A DNA stretch of 64,000 bases from an uncultured Alphaproteobacteria bacterium (GTDB lineage Bacteria > Pseudomonadota > Alphaproteobacteria > Geminicoccales > Geminicoccaceae): positions 272,337 to 336,336 of the forward strand of contig CAVWRK010000008.1 of assembly GCA_963757395.1 (NCBI GenBank), in the 5' to 3' direction. The position numbers and the translations under genes were made by a program. Below, piece by piece: positions 53,207 through 64,000 of this stretch. The stretch's first letter is position 1. The number at the start of each line of letters is the position of its first letter. The notes below the pieces were generated by a model. That model saw only the letters and a program-made list of their open reading frames with translations. It did no database searches and was not told the origin of the DNA.

Positions 53207-54454
53207 ATGAGCGCCCGAACTCGACGGCGCGGCGGCCCGATGCGCAGAGACAGGAAGCTCGTTTACGTCCTGACCATCCTGGCGTTCGTCGGCTATACGG
53301 CCTGGATGATCGGCCCTTACCTGCGCTCGGTCATCGTTCGGGATGCTTCGGTCACGACGTGGTCACGCGCAGCCGTCGCGCCGATCGCGGGAAGGATCGT
53401 CACCGACCTGCCGGCGGTCGGCAGCGTGGTCGGCGAAGACGGGCACGTCGCGACGATCCGGAACGATCTGCTGCTCCAGGAGACCCGCGCGGTCGAGGAC
53501 ACACGCGACCGCCTGATCGAGTTGCGGTCGCGGATCAAGGAGGCGAAGGAGTACCTGGCCGATCTCGCGAAACTGGAGGACCAGCGGGTGGCCGCCATGG
53601 ATCGCCATGCCGAGGCGTTCCACGCCGAGCTGGAGACCGAGACCGCCGGCCTGCGCCGCGACATCGAGGTCAATACCGAGCGGATCGCGGTGCTGCAGCG
53701 GATCGCCGACCGCCAGCGGGCGCTGGTCGACCGTGGCGCGGGCTCCCAAGCAGGGCTCGATGAGGTGCTGCTGCGCAAGACCGAGCTCGAGGCTGCCAAG
53801 GCGAAGCTGGAGGGCACCTTGCACTTCGCCCTGCTGCGCGACCGCTCGGCCGAGGATGGGGTCTTCATCACGGCGGACGGGGACACGCCCAACTGGTTTC
53901 GCTATAGCGAGCTCGAGCTGCGGCTCGAGATGCGCCGCACCCGCCACGAGCTGCATGCCGCCGAGGCCGATCTCAAGGAGGCCCGCCGGGATCTGAAGAT
54001 CCAGGAGAGGACGCTCGCGACGCTCGACGAGGCGAGCGTGACGGCGCCGGCGGGCAGCATCGTCTTCAGCGTCGTGGCGGCCCCCGCCGCCACCGTCTCG
54101 ACCGGCGAGCGGATCATCGAGTGGATCGACTGCTCGACGCTGCTGGTCGACGTGCCGGTCTCGGATGCCGAGCTGCCGCTGATCGGACCTGGCGCCGCCG
54201 CGGAGGTCGTGCTCGAGGGCGAGCCGCGGGCGCGGGACGCGGTCGTGCTGCTGGCCCGCGGCTCGTCGGCGACCCTCGGCCGGACCGATCTCGCCGCCAT
54301 TGCCAAGGGACGGACCGCAGGGGTCGGGCAGATCCTGCTGAGGCTCGACGCCAATCCTTCCGAGTTCGAGCGGTGCCCGGTCGGCCGCGCCGCGTATGTC
54401 GAGTTCCCCGAAGTCGGCCTCATCGACATCCTGCGCGCCCGGCTGCGGCTGTGA
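53207..54454 (+). CDS. HlyD-family membrane-fusion/adaptor-like protein
   Basis: 415 aa; N-terminal TM (LVYVLTILAFVGYTAWMIGPYL), barrel-sandwich start APIAGRIVTDLPAVGSVV, about 200-aa coiled-coil hairpin, second lipoyl half APAGSIVFSVVAAPAATVSTGERII and a beta-barrel domain. Confidence 0.7.
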   Translation: MSARTRRRGGPMRRDRKLVYVLTILAFVGYTAWMIGPYLRSVIVRDASVTTWSRAAVAPIAGRIVTDLPAVGSVVGEDGHVATIRNDLLLQETRAVEDTRDRLIELRSRIKEAKEYLADLAKLEDQRVAAMDRHAEAFHAELETETAGLRRDIEVNTERIAVLQRIADRQRALVDRGAGSQAGLDEVLLRKTELEAAKAKLEGTLHFALLRDRSAEDGVFITADGDTPNWFRYSELELRLEMRRTRHELHAAEADLKEARRDLKIQERTLATLDEASVTAPAGSIVFSVVAAPAATVSTGERIIEWIDCSTLLVDVPVSDAELPLIGPGAAAEVVLEGEPRARDAVVLLARGSSATLGRTDLAAIAKGRTAGVGQILLRLDANPSEFERCPVGRAAYVEFPEVGLIDILRARLRL

Positions 54455-54470
54455 CGATCGGGACGAAAAG

Positions 54471-55433
54471 ATGCGCGAACCAAGCAGCGAAGAACGGGCG
54501 AAGGAGACGTCGGTCTTTTACTCCAACCTGGCAGACATCGGGACCACCACGATTCTGATCATGGTCACGGTCGCAACAGGCTCCCTCACGATTCTGAGTG
54601 AGGCGGTGCGCAGCGTGGCGATGATCGGGGTCTCGTTCTACGCATTTTGGGTAATGACGGCCCTGCATCGCGAGCGGCTGACCCGGTTCGAGTACGGGGT
54701 CGGTAAGATCGAGCAGTTCGTCTGGATCGTCGTCGGGCTCAGCCTCGTCTTCGGCGCACTTTGGGTTGCGCGCAACGTGGTCGACACCATCGTCTCGTCC
54801 GAGCCCGCCGCCAGCCCACTCGGCTTGGCGATGGCCGCCATCGTCAATGCAATCAACCTGGCCGTCAACTTTCTGGGCTGGTACGCGATGCAGGTCGCCG
54901 CACGCAGCGACCCGTCCGGCGTGTTCGGTGCGCAGCTTCGCGCCCGGTTCACGATGCTGGTCGCGTCCTTGTTCCTGCAGACAACGCTGACGGCGGCCGC
55001 GCTTGCCAAGGATAGCGGGCTCGCGCTGGGTCTCGATGCCGTCGGCGCAAGCTTCGTCGTCGGCCTGATGCTGAACAACGGGATCAGGATGATCGCTGAA
55101 GCACTGCCGCATCTGCTCGACGCGCCCGCCACCGAGGAGCTTCGGGCTCAGATCCGCACGACCTTGGCGAGCGTCTTGCTGGAAGACGACATCCTCTCGA
55201 TTCGCACCCGCCGCTCCGGTCGCACGATCTTCGCCAGGGTTACCGTCTCCGGTACGGCGTTCCCCTCGCTCGCCGCGCTTCACGACGCGAGCGCTGCGGT
55301 CGCCGACGGACTTCGGCGCGCGGGCGCCGAGGTCGATGTGGTCTTGGTTCCAATGCTGGAGGGCGGCGAGACGGAGGTGCCCGACGAGGATCTCGATGCG
55401 CCGCCTGCCGCCAGCGCGAGCCCGGCAACCTGA
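54471..55433 (+). CDS. Cation diffusion facilitator (CDF)-like transporter with non-canonical predicted metal site
   Basis: From ATG 54471, 16 nt after the HlyD-like stop. Six TM segments, RFEYGVGKIEQ loop motif (CDF F.FG.GK.E), C-terminal alpha/beta domain. The positions normally holding the TM2/TM5 Asp/His ligands read SEAVRS and AQLRARFT by hand alignment. Confidence 0.65.
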   Translation: MREPSSEERAKETSVFYSNLADIGTTTILIMVTVATGSLTILSEAVRSVAMIGVSFYAFWVMTALHRERLTRFEYGVGKIEQFVWIVVGLSLVFGALWVARNVVDTIVSSEPAASPLGLAMAAIVNAINLAVNFLGWYAMQVAARSDPSGVFGAQLRARFTMLVASLFLQTTLTAAALAKDSGLALGLDAVGASFVVGLMLNNGIRMIAEALPHLLDAPATEELRAQIRTTLASVLLEDDILSIRTRRSGRTIFARVTVSGTAFPSLAALHDASAAVADGLRRAGAEVDVVLVPMLEGGETEVPDEDLDAPPAASASPAT

Positions 55434-55539
55434 TCTGGCCACCATCGTCGTATCTGGGCGGGAATGCTGGCTTGATCGACGTCCTCTGCCGGCCGACGGC
55501 CCTCTGCGGAGGGGCGGCTTGGCGCGCCTACCGACCAGC

Positions 55540-55925
55540 GACGAGCGCGCCAAGAAGATCTCGTTCGTCTACACCCCTCTCGACAACATCGGGGTCGTGG
55601 CGCTGATCGTGGTGGCGGGCGCTCAGCAGCGGATCGCTCACTATGCTCAGTGAGGCGGTCCGTAGCGTCCTGCTTCTGACGATCCAACTCTATTCGATAG
55701 GGGTGCTGTTCGCCGTCCACCGCGACCGGCTGTCCCGTTACGAGGGTCCGCGATGCGCGTCGCAGCGCGCGATGACACCTCCGGTGTGTTCGGGGCGCAG
55801 CTCGGTGTCCGCCGCGGCGTGCTGGTCGGGACCATGGTCCTGCAGATCACACTGACGCCGGCAGCGCTCGCGAAGGACGTCGAGATTGCGCTGATTCTCG
55901 ACGCCGTCCGCGCGGCAGCGAACTG
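55540..55925 (+). pseudogene. Decayed tandem paralog of the CDF-like gene (frameshifts plus internal deletion)
   Basis: ERAKKISFVYTPLDNIGVVALIVVAG / MLSEAVRSVLLLTIQLYSIGVLFAVHRDRLSRYE / RVAARDDTSGVFGAQLGVRRGVLVGTMVLQITLTPAALAKDVEIALILDAV. Pieces lie in three frames and are collinear with ERAKETSVFYSNLADIG...LSEAVRSVAMIG...HRERLTRFE...VAARSDPSGVFGAQLRARF...AAALAKDSGLALGLDAV of the intact gene. Confidence 0.65.
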
Positions 55926-56085
55926 CGCACTACACCGCCGCGTCCGCCCGGGCCGTGGCGTGCCCGACATTGCGGCGCGCGCGCTCGACGCCCAAGAATG
56001 CGCCGCCCGCGCCCGCCAATACTCACGAGCAAACCTGGCTCAAGCGACAGGTCCAGCCTGCCGCTTGAGCTGTGACGTCCATCCG

Positions 56086-56352
56086 TTATTTCGCCTTCAT
56101 AATCTCCATCACGTCATTGGTGCCGGTCTGGTTCGGCTCGAACATGACCTTTACCTCGTCGCCGTCCTTGAGGTCGCCGAGCTTGACGCCCGTCGAGTTC
56201 TCGTCGGACCACTGGAAGGTCTTGTCGCCGACGGCGAACGTTTTGCTCATCGTGTCGATGTTCTCAATCTTCCCCGTGGCCTCGTCAGCCATCGCGACGC
56301 CGGCGGTGAAAGCGAGGGCGGCAGCCGTGACCACTCCCAACATTCTTCTCAT
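56086..56352 (-). CDS. DUF1344-like small secreted protein
   Basis: 88 aa, GGAGAG SD, signal MRRMLGVVTAAALAFTAGVAMA, then GKIENIDTMSKTFAVGDKTFQWSD...LKDGDEVKVMFE. Confidence 0.7.
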   Translation of the reverse strand: MRRMLGVVTAAALAFTAGVAMADEATGKIENIDTMSKTFAVGDKTFQWSDENSTGVKLGDLKDGDEVKVMFEPNQTGTNDVMEIMKAK

Positions 56353-56844
56353 TGTTGCTCTCCTGTAAAGGGCACACCAGGGTCTTCCCGGGCTGTTCCT
56401 TCGTAACGCTTTAAGCCCGCGACGTCAACGTTTCTGGCAGCTACGGCGCGAACGTCGCCAAAAGGCGGTCGGCAAGAACAATGAGTGAACGCTTACGGTT
56501 GGCGGCCTTGGCAGAGCGGCCAATTCGGCCGTGCCCGCCTGCTCCCGCCCGGCAATCGCGCCGGCCGACGCGCCCAGCCAAAAAGCGTCAGTTGCCCTGG
56601 CACGCCCGGAAGTCTTCGGAGCTCGATCGAGCCAACGCTACGGGCGGGACCAGGGCAGGTTTATTTCGCGGGTCTCGCAACCTCACGCCAGCGCAACCCG
56701 CTACGCCCGCTGCACGAAAGGATGCCGCGAGACAAGATCGCCTCGTCGATCACTTCGCGCGGCCCTGGTCCGGCTTCGCGCTCCCTCTCGCCGTGGGCCA
56801 AGCCCCGTAACCGCCCGCCGAGTGGCTGCACACGCGATCACGAC

Positions 56845-58614
56845 TTACTGGAGCATGATCGGGCCTTGGCCGGAGAAGGTCTCCAGCCCGGCCTTGCGCA
56901 GCCCGTCCATGAACTGGTCGATCAGGCGTTCGGGCACGTGGTGCAGACGATAGGCGGCGCGGGGGTCCTTGGCGAACGTCGGATCGAGCGCGATCGCACG
57001 CTCGAGGGCCTGCCGCGCCTCCGCCCCGTGGCCGAGTTGGGCCTGAGACATCGCGACCGTCGCCGGGCCCCCGAAGAAGTCCAGCTCGCCGGCCTCGTCC
57101 ATGTCAGCCAGCGCCGTCCGGTAATCGCCGCGGCGGTAGTCGTCGAAGGCCAGGATCATATAGTACCAGCCGGAGCCCACCCTGCTCTGCCGCACGGCTC
57201 GCCGGACCAGGCCGATGCCTTCGTCCCAATCGCGCACAAACGCGAGGCGCCAGCCGAGTTGCGCCAGCGTCTCCGGATTGTTGGGGTTGAGCGCTACCGC
57301 GCGGCGCTGGGCGCTCTCCGCCTCGTCGAACTCCCCCCGATAGAACTGCACCGCGGCATAGGCGCTGAGGCCCATCACGCCGTCCGGATCAAGATCCTTG
57401 GCGCGTTGCGCCGCCTCGAGCGCCTGATCCAGCGTCACTGGCTGCCCGTATCGCCGTCCGAAGCCGTACCAGCGGTATTCGTCGAGATCCGCATACGCCA
57501 GCATGGCCCACGCGTCGGGGTAGCTCGGGTCGCGGCGAACCGTCTCCTGGAGGCAATCTCGGCTCGAGGCGTAGAGCTCTCGGCTGAACGCCCGACGATA
57601 GGCAAATGCCTGCAAGACACAATCGTAGGAGGACAACGTTGCCGGGCGATGGTGGTGGAACAGATCCGTCGTGACCTTGTGCACGATGCCATACGGCTCG
57701 GCCAGGCGCCTCGCCAGTTCGGCCGCTAGCTCCTCCTGGATGTCGAAGACGTTTGCGGTGGTCAGCGCGCGATCGTAGGTCTCCGACCAGAGATAGCGCC
57801 CGCTGTCGACCTCGAGCAAATGCACGTTCAGGTGGAGCCGGTCCGACGAGCGTCGCACGCTGCCCTCGACCTCGTAGCGCACGTCCAGCCGCCGGCCGGG
57901 ATTTTCGTTCCGCTCCTTGCGTCGCTCCGCGTAGACCCGAAGGTCGCTGAACCGCGTCAAGTTGGTGATCAGCTCCTGGGTCAGGCCGCCGGCGAACAGG
58001 CGGCCTGGTTCGGTCCCGGTCAGATCCTCGAACGGCGCGATGATCACCGCCGGCCCTTCCAGCTGCTGGTCGGCGGCGGCCCGCGCGCTATCCCGATCCG
58101 CCGGGGCGCGGACCATCCAAAGCCAGGCGGCGGTCCCCGCCACCGCCAGGATCGCGCTCAGGGCGATGGCGAGACCGGTGGCGGTCAGCCGAGGCCACCG
58201 CGTTCGTCGGTTGGCGGGCGCCAGCGGCGGGGCGACGGGCGAGTTGGCGAACGGGCCCTTTCGCCGCTCGAAGGTCGGCACGTAGGTGCCCTTCGGAATA
58301 TCGATCCTGATGGGATCCTCTTGACCGGCGGTCAGATAGTAGCGTTCCAGGCGCCGGCGCAGCTTGGCGGCCTCGATCCGGACCACCGGGTCGTGGCGCG
58401 GATCGAACGTGGCATCCCGCCCGAACACATCGATCGCGATGGTCAGGCCCTTCAACCGATCGGCACGGCCGGCCAGGGTCTCCTCGACAATGAACTGCAG
58501 GAAGCGTCGGCCGCGCGCGGAGGCGTCAAACTCGGGGCTGCCTAGGACGCGGTCGAGCGCTTCCCGGATGTTCGTGGCCGGCACCGATTTCCCCTCCTCG
58601 GCCGACCGCAGCAA
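56845..58614 (-). CDS. Membrane-anchored ToxR/CadC-like regulator: winged-helix-like N-terminus, one TM, periplasmic TolB-like plus TPR domains
   Basis: 589 aa; RFLQFIVEETLAGRADRLKGLTIAIDVFGRD...VRIEAAKLRRRLERYY (trans_reg_C-like), TM LTATGLAIALSAILAVAGTAAWLWMV, C-terminal TPR repeats. TTG start uncertain. Confidence 0.65.
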   Translation of the reverse strand: MLRSAEEGKSVPATNIREALDRVLGSPEFDASARGRRFLQFIVEETLAGRADRLKGLTIAIDVFGRDATFDPRHDPVVRIEAAKLRRRLERYYLTAGQEDPIRIDIPKGTYVPTFERRKGPFANSPVAPPLAPANRRTRWPRLTATGLAIALSAILAVAGTAAWLWMVRAPADRDSARAAADQQLEGPAVIIAPFEDLTGTEPGRLFAGGLTQELITNLTRFSDLRVYAERRKERNENPGRRLDVRYEVEGSVRRSSDRLHLNVHLLEVDSGRYLWSETYDRALTTANVFDIQEELAAELARRLAEPYGIVHKVTTDLFHHHRPATLSSYDCVLQAFAYRRAFSRELYASSRDCLQETVRRDPSYPDAWAMLAYADLDEYRWYGFGRRYGQPVTLDQALEAAQRAKDLDPDGVMGLSAYAAVQFYRGEFDEAESAQRRAVALNPNNPETLAQLGWRLAFVRDWDEGIGLVRRAVRQSRVGSGWYYMILAFDDYRRGDYRTALADMDEAGELDFFGGPATVAMSQAQLGHGAEARQALERAIALDPTFAKDPRAAYRLHHVPERLIDQFMDGLRKAGLETFSGQGPIMLQ

Positions 58615-58898
58615 AAAGCTGAGATCTGTCGATCATTTCGGCCAACCGGCCCACAACCGACCCGTTCCCCAGGGCGATCCTATTGAGGTTGCAGGTTACC
58701 CCGCAGGCCCCCTGTGGGCCATGGTTTTGATCCGGATCAACCGCGCCGCCTGGTGGAGGTGCTGCGTAGCCTCCCTGTAGACTCCCCCAAAACTCTTCCA
58801 CATCCCTTGGCCGAGACGCAGGGTGACGGATCAGGCAACGGGGCTGCGCGCCTCAACCCAAACCAGACCGCAGGTCGCGAGGCTCGACAGCGGCAGAG

Positions 58899-59165
58899 AT
58901 GGCTGGGAATGCGATCGAGACTCTGGCCGGCCGATTTCCGCGGCACGCGTCGACCATCCGTCGGCTGCAGGCGCGCGACCCGAGCTTTCGCTCGATCTGC
59001 GACGACTATGGGCTCGCGCTGCGCGCGCTCGAGCACTGGCAGGCGACTGCCTCCTCCTCCCCTCACAAGATCGAGGAGTATCGCGAGATCGTGATGGAGC
59101 TCGAGGCGGAGGCTTTGGCAATCCTGGAGGCGTTCGAGGGCAGATCGGGAGGGTCACGACGATGA
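58899..59165 (+). CDS. Hypothetical protein (88 aa), 4-nt overlap with the DUF3313 gene
   Basis: MAGNAIETLAGRFPRHASTIRRLQARDPSFRSICDDYGLALRALEHW...; helical, balanced composition; ATGA overlap with the next gene; weak SD. Confidence 0.45.
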   Translation: MAGNAIETLAGRFPRHASTIRRLQARDPSFRSICDDYGLALRALEHWQATASSSPHKIEEYREIVMELEAEALAILEAFEGRSGGSRR

Positions 59166-59869
59166 CCAAGATCAGGCATGGCAACGTTCGATCGATCATG
59201 GCGCTGGCCGTGGTCGCGGCGCTCGGCGCCTGCGCGCCGACCAAGCAGGTTGCGATGAAGGAGGCCCCGGCCTCGGGCGTGCTGCCGGCGCCGGCCTTGC
59301 TGCAGAAGGGCAAGAGCGGCCAAGCCGACCGGGTGTACCTGAGCCCCAAAGCTGACTGGGCCTCTTACACCAAGGTGATGCTCGACCCGGTGACCATCTG
59401 GACGGGTGCGGGCTCCAACATGGCCAAAGCCTCGCCCAAGGTGCAAAAGGCGCTCGCCAACTCGTTCTACACCGACCTCCACGAGGCGGTCGCCAAGCGC
59501 TGCCAGATGGTCAGCGAGCCATCGCCGGGCACGATGCGCTGGCACATCGCGCTGGTCGATGCGTCGTCCGCGAACCCGTTCCTGAACACGCTTTCGACCT
59601 ACGAACCGCACGTCCACCTGCTCGATGCCATCGCCGGGTATGCGTTCAACCATGACGTCGCGTACTGGGTCGGCGAGGCCACCGCCGACGGCTACGCCAA
59701 GGACGCGACCACCGGCGAGCTGCTCTGGGAGGGCGCGGACGAGCGCGCCGGCACCCAGGCCTGGGGCCGGGATACCTTCAACTCTTGGGACGACGTCGAC
59801 AACGCCTTCAAGGCCTGGGCCGCTCAGTTCGCCACGAGGCTTGGCGAGCTGGGCGCCTGCCCGCGGTGA
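59162..59869 (+). CDS. DUF3313-like lipoprotein
   Basis: 235 aa; lipobox VAALGAC; SYTKVMLDPVTIW..., FYTDLHEAV pattern. Confidence 0.65.
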   Translation: MTKIRHGNVRSIMALAVVAALGACAPTKQVAMKEAPASGVLPAPALLQKGKSGQADRVYLSPKADWASYTKVMLDPVTIWTGAGSNMAKASPKVQKALANSFYTDLHEAVAKRCQMVSEPSPGTMRWHIALVDASSANPFLNTLSTYEPHVHLLDAIAGYAFNHDVAYWVGEATADGYAKDATTGELLWEGADERAGTQAWGRDTFNSWDDVDNAFKAWAAQFATRLGELGACPR

Positions 59870-59931
59870 CAACGCGCGACGTTGTCATGTACCAAGCCCA
59901 AGTTGGCCAAGCCAAGGAAGGGGGACTGCAG

Positions 59932-61653
59932 ATGAAAGCCTTATCGAAACGACTGCTGTCGGTCGTGGTCCCGATCGCGCTCGCGGCCACCGTGGCCGGG
60001 CTGCCGCCGGCCTCGGCGCAGGAGAAGAAGCCCAACATCCTGTTCATCATGGGCGACGACATCGGCTGGATGCAGCCCTCCATCTACCACCGCGGCCTGA
60101 TGGTCGGCGAGACGCCCAACATCGACCGGATCGGCCACGAGGGGGCGATGTTCACCGACTACTACGCCGAGCAGAGCTGCACCGCCGGGCGCAACGCGTT
60201 CTTCACCGGCATGCATCCGCTGCGCACCGGCATGATTCCGCCGCAGCTCCCGGGCAGCCCGTCCTACCTGCGGCCCGGCACGCCGGCGGTCGCCAAGTTC
60301 CTGCACGATCTCGGCTACACCACCGGCGAGTTCGGCAAGAACCACCTGGGCGACCACACCGATGCGCTGCCGACCGCACACGGCTTCGAGGAATACTGGG
60401 GCTATCTGTACCACCTGGACGCGATGCAGGGGGTCAGCTTCCCCGACATCAACAAGACCCCGACGGACCAGGCCATCGTGCCGCCCTGCAAGAACACGCC
60501 GATCCCCGGCCTCGCCGAGGTTCCGGGCGCCGTGGACCCGGCGACCACGACCTGCCTGACGCCGCCGCGCCCGGTCTTGTGGTGCAAGTCCTCCGACGGC
60601 ACGGCAGCGAACCAGACATGCCAGGACCAGGGCCCGTTGACGCTCGAACGGTCGAAGACCGTGGACGAAGAGATCTCGGCCAAGGTGATCGACTTCCTCG
60701 ATCGCAACGACCCCAAGAAGACCGGCAAGCCGTTCTTCGTCTGGTACAACCCCGCGCGCATGCACATCACGACGATGCTGTCGGACAAATACATGGCGAT
60801 GGTCGGCCAGCCCGGCGGCAAGGATTGGGGCGTCAACGAAGCCGGCATGAAGCAGATGGACGACAACATCGGCTACGTGCTGAAGAAGTTGGAAGACATG
60901 GGCGAACTCGAAAACACGATCGTCGCCTTCACGACCGACAACGGCGCCGAGACGATCACCTATCCCGACGGCGGCACCACCCCCTTCAAGGGCGGCAAGC
61001 TGACCACCTGGGAGGGCGGCATGCGCGCTCCGCTGGTCGTGCGCTGGCCTGGAGTGATCGAGCCCGGAACGGTCAAGAACGACATCTTCGCGTCCCTCGA
61101 CTGGTTGCCGACGCTGGTCGACATTGCCGGCGGCCCCAAGGGCGACGACCTGAACAAGCAGATCGAGGCCGGCCAATACCCCGGGATCGTCAAGACGATG
61201 CTCGACGGCGTCGATCAGCGTGCCTATCTGGAAGGCAAGTCGGACAAGTCGGCGCGCGATACTTTCTTCTACTACTCGGGCAAGGACCCGTCGGCGGTCC
61301 GGTACAAGAACTGGAAGATCTACTTCGCGATGGTCGACAGCGCGCCGGCTGGGTTTGTCGCGGGTGCGCTGCCCTATCACTGGGCCCAGGTCGACAACAT
61401 CAGGCGCGATCCGTTCGAGACCGCCGTCGGTGACCAGCAGAAGACGCTTTTCAGTATGGGCGGTGCGCTTGCCGGCCCGGTGACCGCCTACGTCTACGAC
61501 TGGAACATCCTGCCCCTCGGCCAACAGCTGTGGCTGAAGGAGCTCGAGACCTACACGAAGTTCCCGCCGATGCAGGACCCGGAATCGTACAATCTGGAAC
61601 AGGTGGTCCAGCAGGTCAAAAACCAGCGGATGGTCAGCCACGCCGGCGACTAG
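59932..61653 (+). CDS. Arylsulfatase (Cys-type, formylglycine-dependent), secreted
   Basis: From ATG 59932: signal MKALSKRLLSVVVPIALAATVAGLPPASA, PNILFIMGDDIGW, FGly motif SCTAGRNAF (C-x-A-x-R), GKNHLGD, FTTDNGAE. Confidence 0.85.
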   Translation: MKALSKRLLSVVVPIALAATVAGLPPASAQEKKPNILFIMGDDIGWMQPSIYHRGLMVGETPNIDRIGHEGAMFTDYYAEQSCTAGRNAFFTGMHPLRTGMIPPQLPGSPSYLRPGTPAVAKFLHDLGYTTGEFGKNHLGDHTDALPTAHGFEEYWGYLYHLDAMQGVSFPDINKTPTDQAIVPPCKNTPIPGLAEVPGAVDPATTTCLTPPRPVLWCKSSDGTAANQTCQDQGPLTLERSKTVDEEISAKVIDFLDRNDPKKTGKPFFVWYNPARMHITTMLSDKYMAMVGQPGGKDWGVNEAGMKQMDDNIGYVLKKLEDMGELENTIVAFTTDNGAETITYPDGGTTPFKGGKLTTWEGGMRAPLVVRWPGVIEPGTVKNDIFASLDWLPTLVDIAGGPKGDDLNKQIEAGQYPGIVKTMLDGVDQRAYLEGKSDKSARDTFFYYSGKDPSAVRYKNWKIYFAMVDSAPAGFVAGALPYHWAQVDNIRRDPFETAVGDQQKTLFSMGGALAGPVTAYVYDWNILPLGQQLWLKELETYTKFPPMQDPESYNLEQVVQQVKNQRMVSHAGD

Positions 61654-61809
61654 GCCTGGAAATATTGAGGCCGGCGGCTGAACCCGCTGCGGGCAGGAGA
61701 CAATCGAGAACCTGCGGCAAGAAACCCTCTGTGACCTCGCCCTAAGGGCGCCTACCCAGTGGTAGGCGGGTGTCCACCGCTGTGTTCATCCAAGAAGGGA
61801 AGACCGTCG

Positions 61810-63489
<1,680 letters not shown>

Positions 63490-63505
63490 CCGGACTGCCG
63501 ACCCA

Positions 63506-63547
63506 GCGGGCGCGCCCTCCCTGCGGGGCGCGCCCGCCCCTGTTTGG
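63506..63547 (+). terminator. Candidate rho-independent terminator after the sulfatase genes
   Basis: GCGGGCGCGCC-10 nt-GGCGCGCCCGC, a perfect 11-bp stem followed by ccctgTTTgg. Confidence 0.5.
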
Positions 63548-63647
63548 GGCCGCGCAGCCAATGGATTCGCTGCGACTGGTGGTTGACCCCGTCACCTCGA
63601 CCGGGTGAAACAGTGACACCAACGAGCGAGGCCCCGGGAGAAACATC

Positions 63648-63866
63648 ATGAGTGACTTGGTCTGCATCGCCTACAAGGAGCGGGACACCGCGGATCAGGT
63701 GCTGAACGAGCTGCGCCAGCTGGAGGTCGAGCATCTGATCGACCTGGAGGTGACGCCGGAGAAGGTCCTGCCGCACGTCGCCAAATTTGGCGGCACGATC
63801 CTCAAGACCTCGCTCAGCCCGGAGCAGGACGAGCGCCTGCGCGAGGTGCTGAGCGCGGCCGCGTAG
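63648..63866 (+). pseudogene. DUF1269-family gene with an in-frame internal deletion (72-aa remnant ORF)
   Basis: N-terminal MSDLVCIAYKERDTADQVLNELRQLEVEHLIDLE is joined directly to the family C-terminus VTPEKVLPHVAKFGGTILKTSLSPEQDERLREVL. The central Gly-rich membrane region (about 90-100 aa in the family members I recall) is absent. Confidence 0.5.
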
Positions 63867-63929
63867 CGCGACCCGGTTCGCAGCGCCGAACCAGGTTGAT
63901 CCAACACCGCTCCGAGACGGAGGCTTGCC

Positions 63930-64000
63930 ATGATTGCGCAACGGATCGGTCGGGTTGCCTACGCCGCGATCCTGGTGCTGTGCCTTACACCCTGGCACGC
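63930..64000 (+). CDS. Start of an unidentified (probably membrane) protein, partial
   Basis: GGAGG SD 6 nt upstream of ATG; MIAQRIGRVAYAAILVLCLTPWH... runs off the window. Confidence 0.3.
   Translation, partial: MIAQRIGRVAYAAILVLCLTPWH

Noticed and set aside
56400-56845. Gene or RNA in the 450-bp gap between the DUF1344 gene and the TPR regulator gene
   Set aside because: Only plus-strand Arg/Pro-rich ORFs without an SD are present, and I could recognise no structured-RNA signature by eye.

Overview
High-GC chromosomal segment with alphaproteobacterial-type gene content (IalB, Sco/PCuAC, RlmN, SppA). About 60 genes are supportable, and most are housekeeping or transport. They include three ABC importer sets (PotD-like, Ugp/sugar-like, Dpp-like with two tandem binding-protein paralogs encoded 5 kb away). 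There is also a copper/cytochrome-oxidase assembly cluster, a sulfur cluster (three rhodanese proteins plus a persulfide-dioxygenase-like MBL hydrolase), and two tandem OYE/FadH-like flavoenzymes. A SAM-cyclase-AAA-TPR signalling protein, a GAF-PAS-GGDEF-EAL protein and a two-gene Cys-type arylsulfatase locus with a ToxR/CadC-like TPR regulator complete the main content. One tRNA-Gly(GCC) is present; I saw no rRNA, CRISPR array or intact mobile element. The only clearly accessory stretch is about 10.4-13.3 kb. It has lower GC and holds short tandem repeats, an IS110-family transposase remnant, a multiply frameshifted GIY-YIG nuclease gene and a 5' fragment of an MmeI-like DNA methyltransferase, so it looks like a decayed restriction-modification/mobile island. 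The most striking global property is at least 13 single-base frame disruptions, mostly +1, in ten or more otherwise well-conserved genes. Consensus indel error is as likely as real pseudogenisation, and every pseudogene call here carries that caveat. The best candidate for unexplored biology is a tightly spaced HlyD-like adaptor plus a CDF-like transporter that appears to lack the canonical metal-site residues, followed by a decayed paralog. I did not find a convincing intact novel defence or other multi-gene system. All family assignments come from reading the translations by eye and need HMM/BLAST confirmation.
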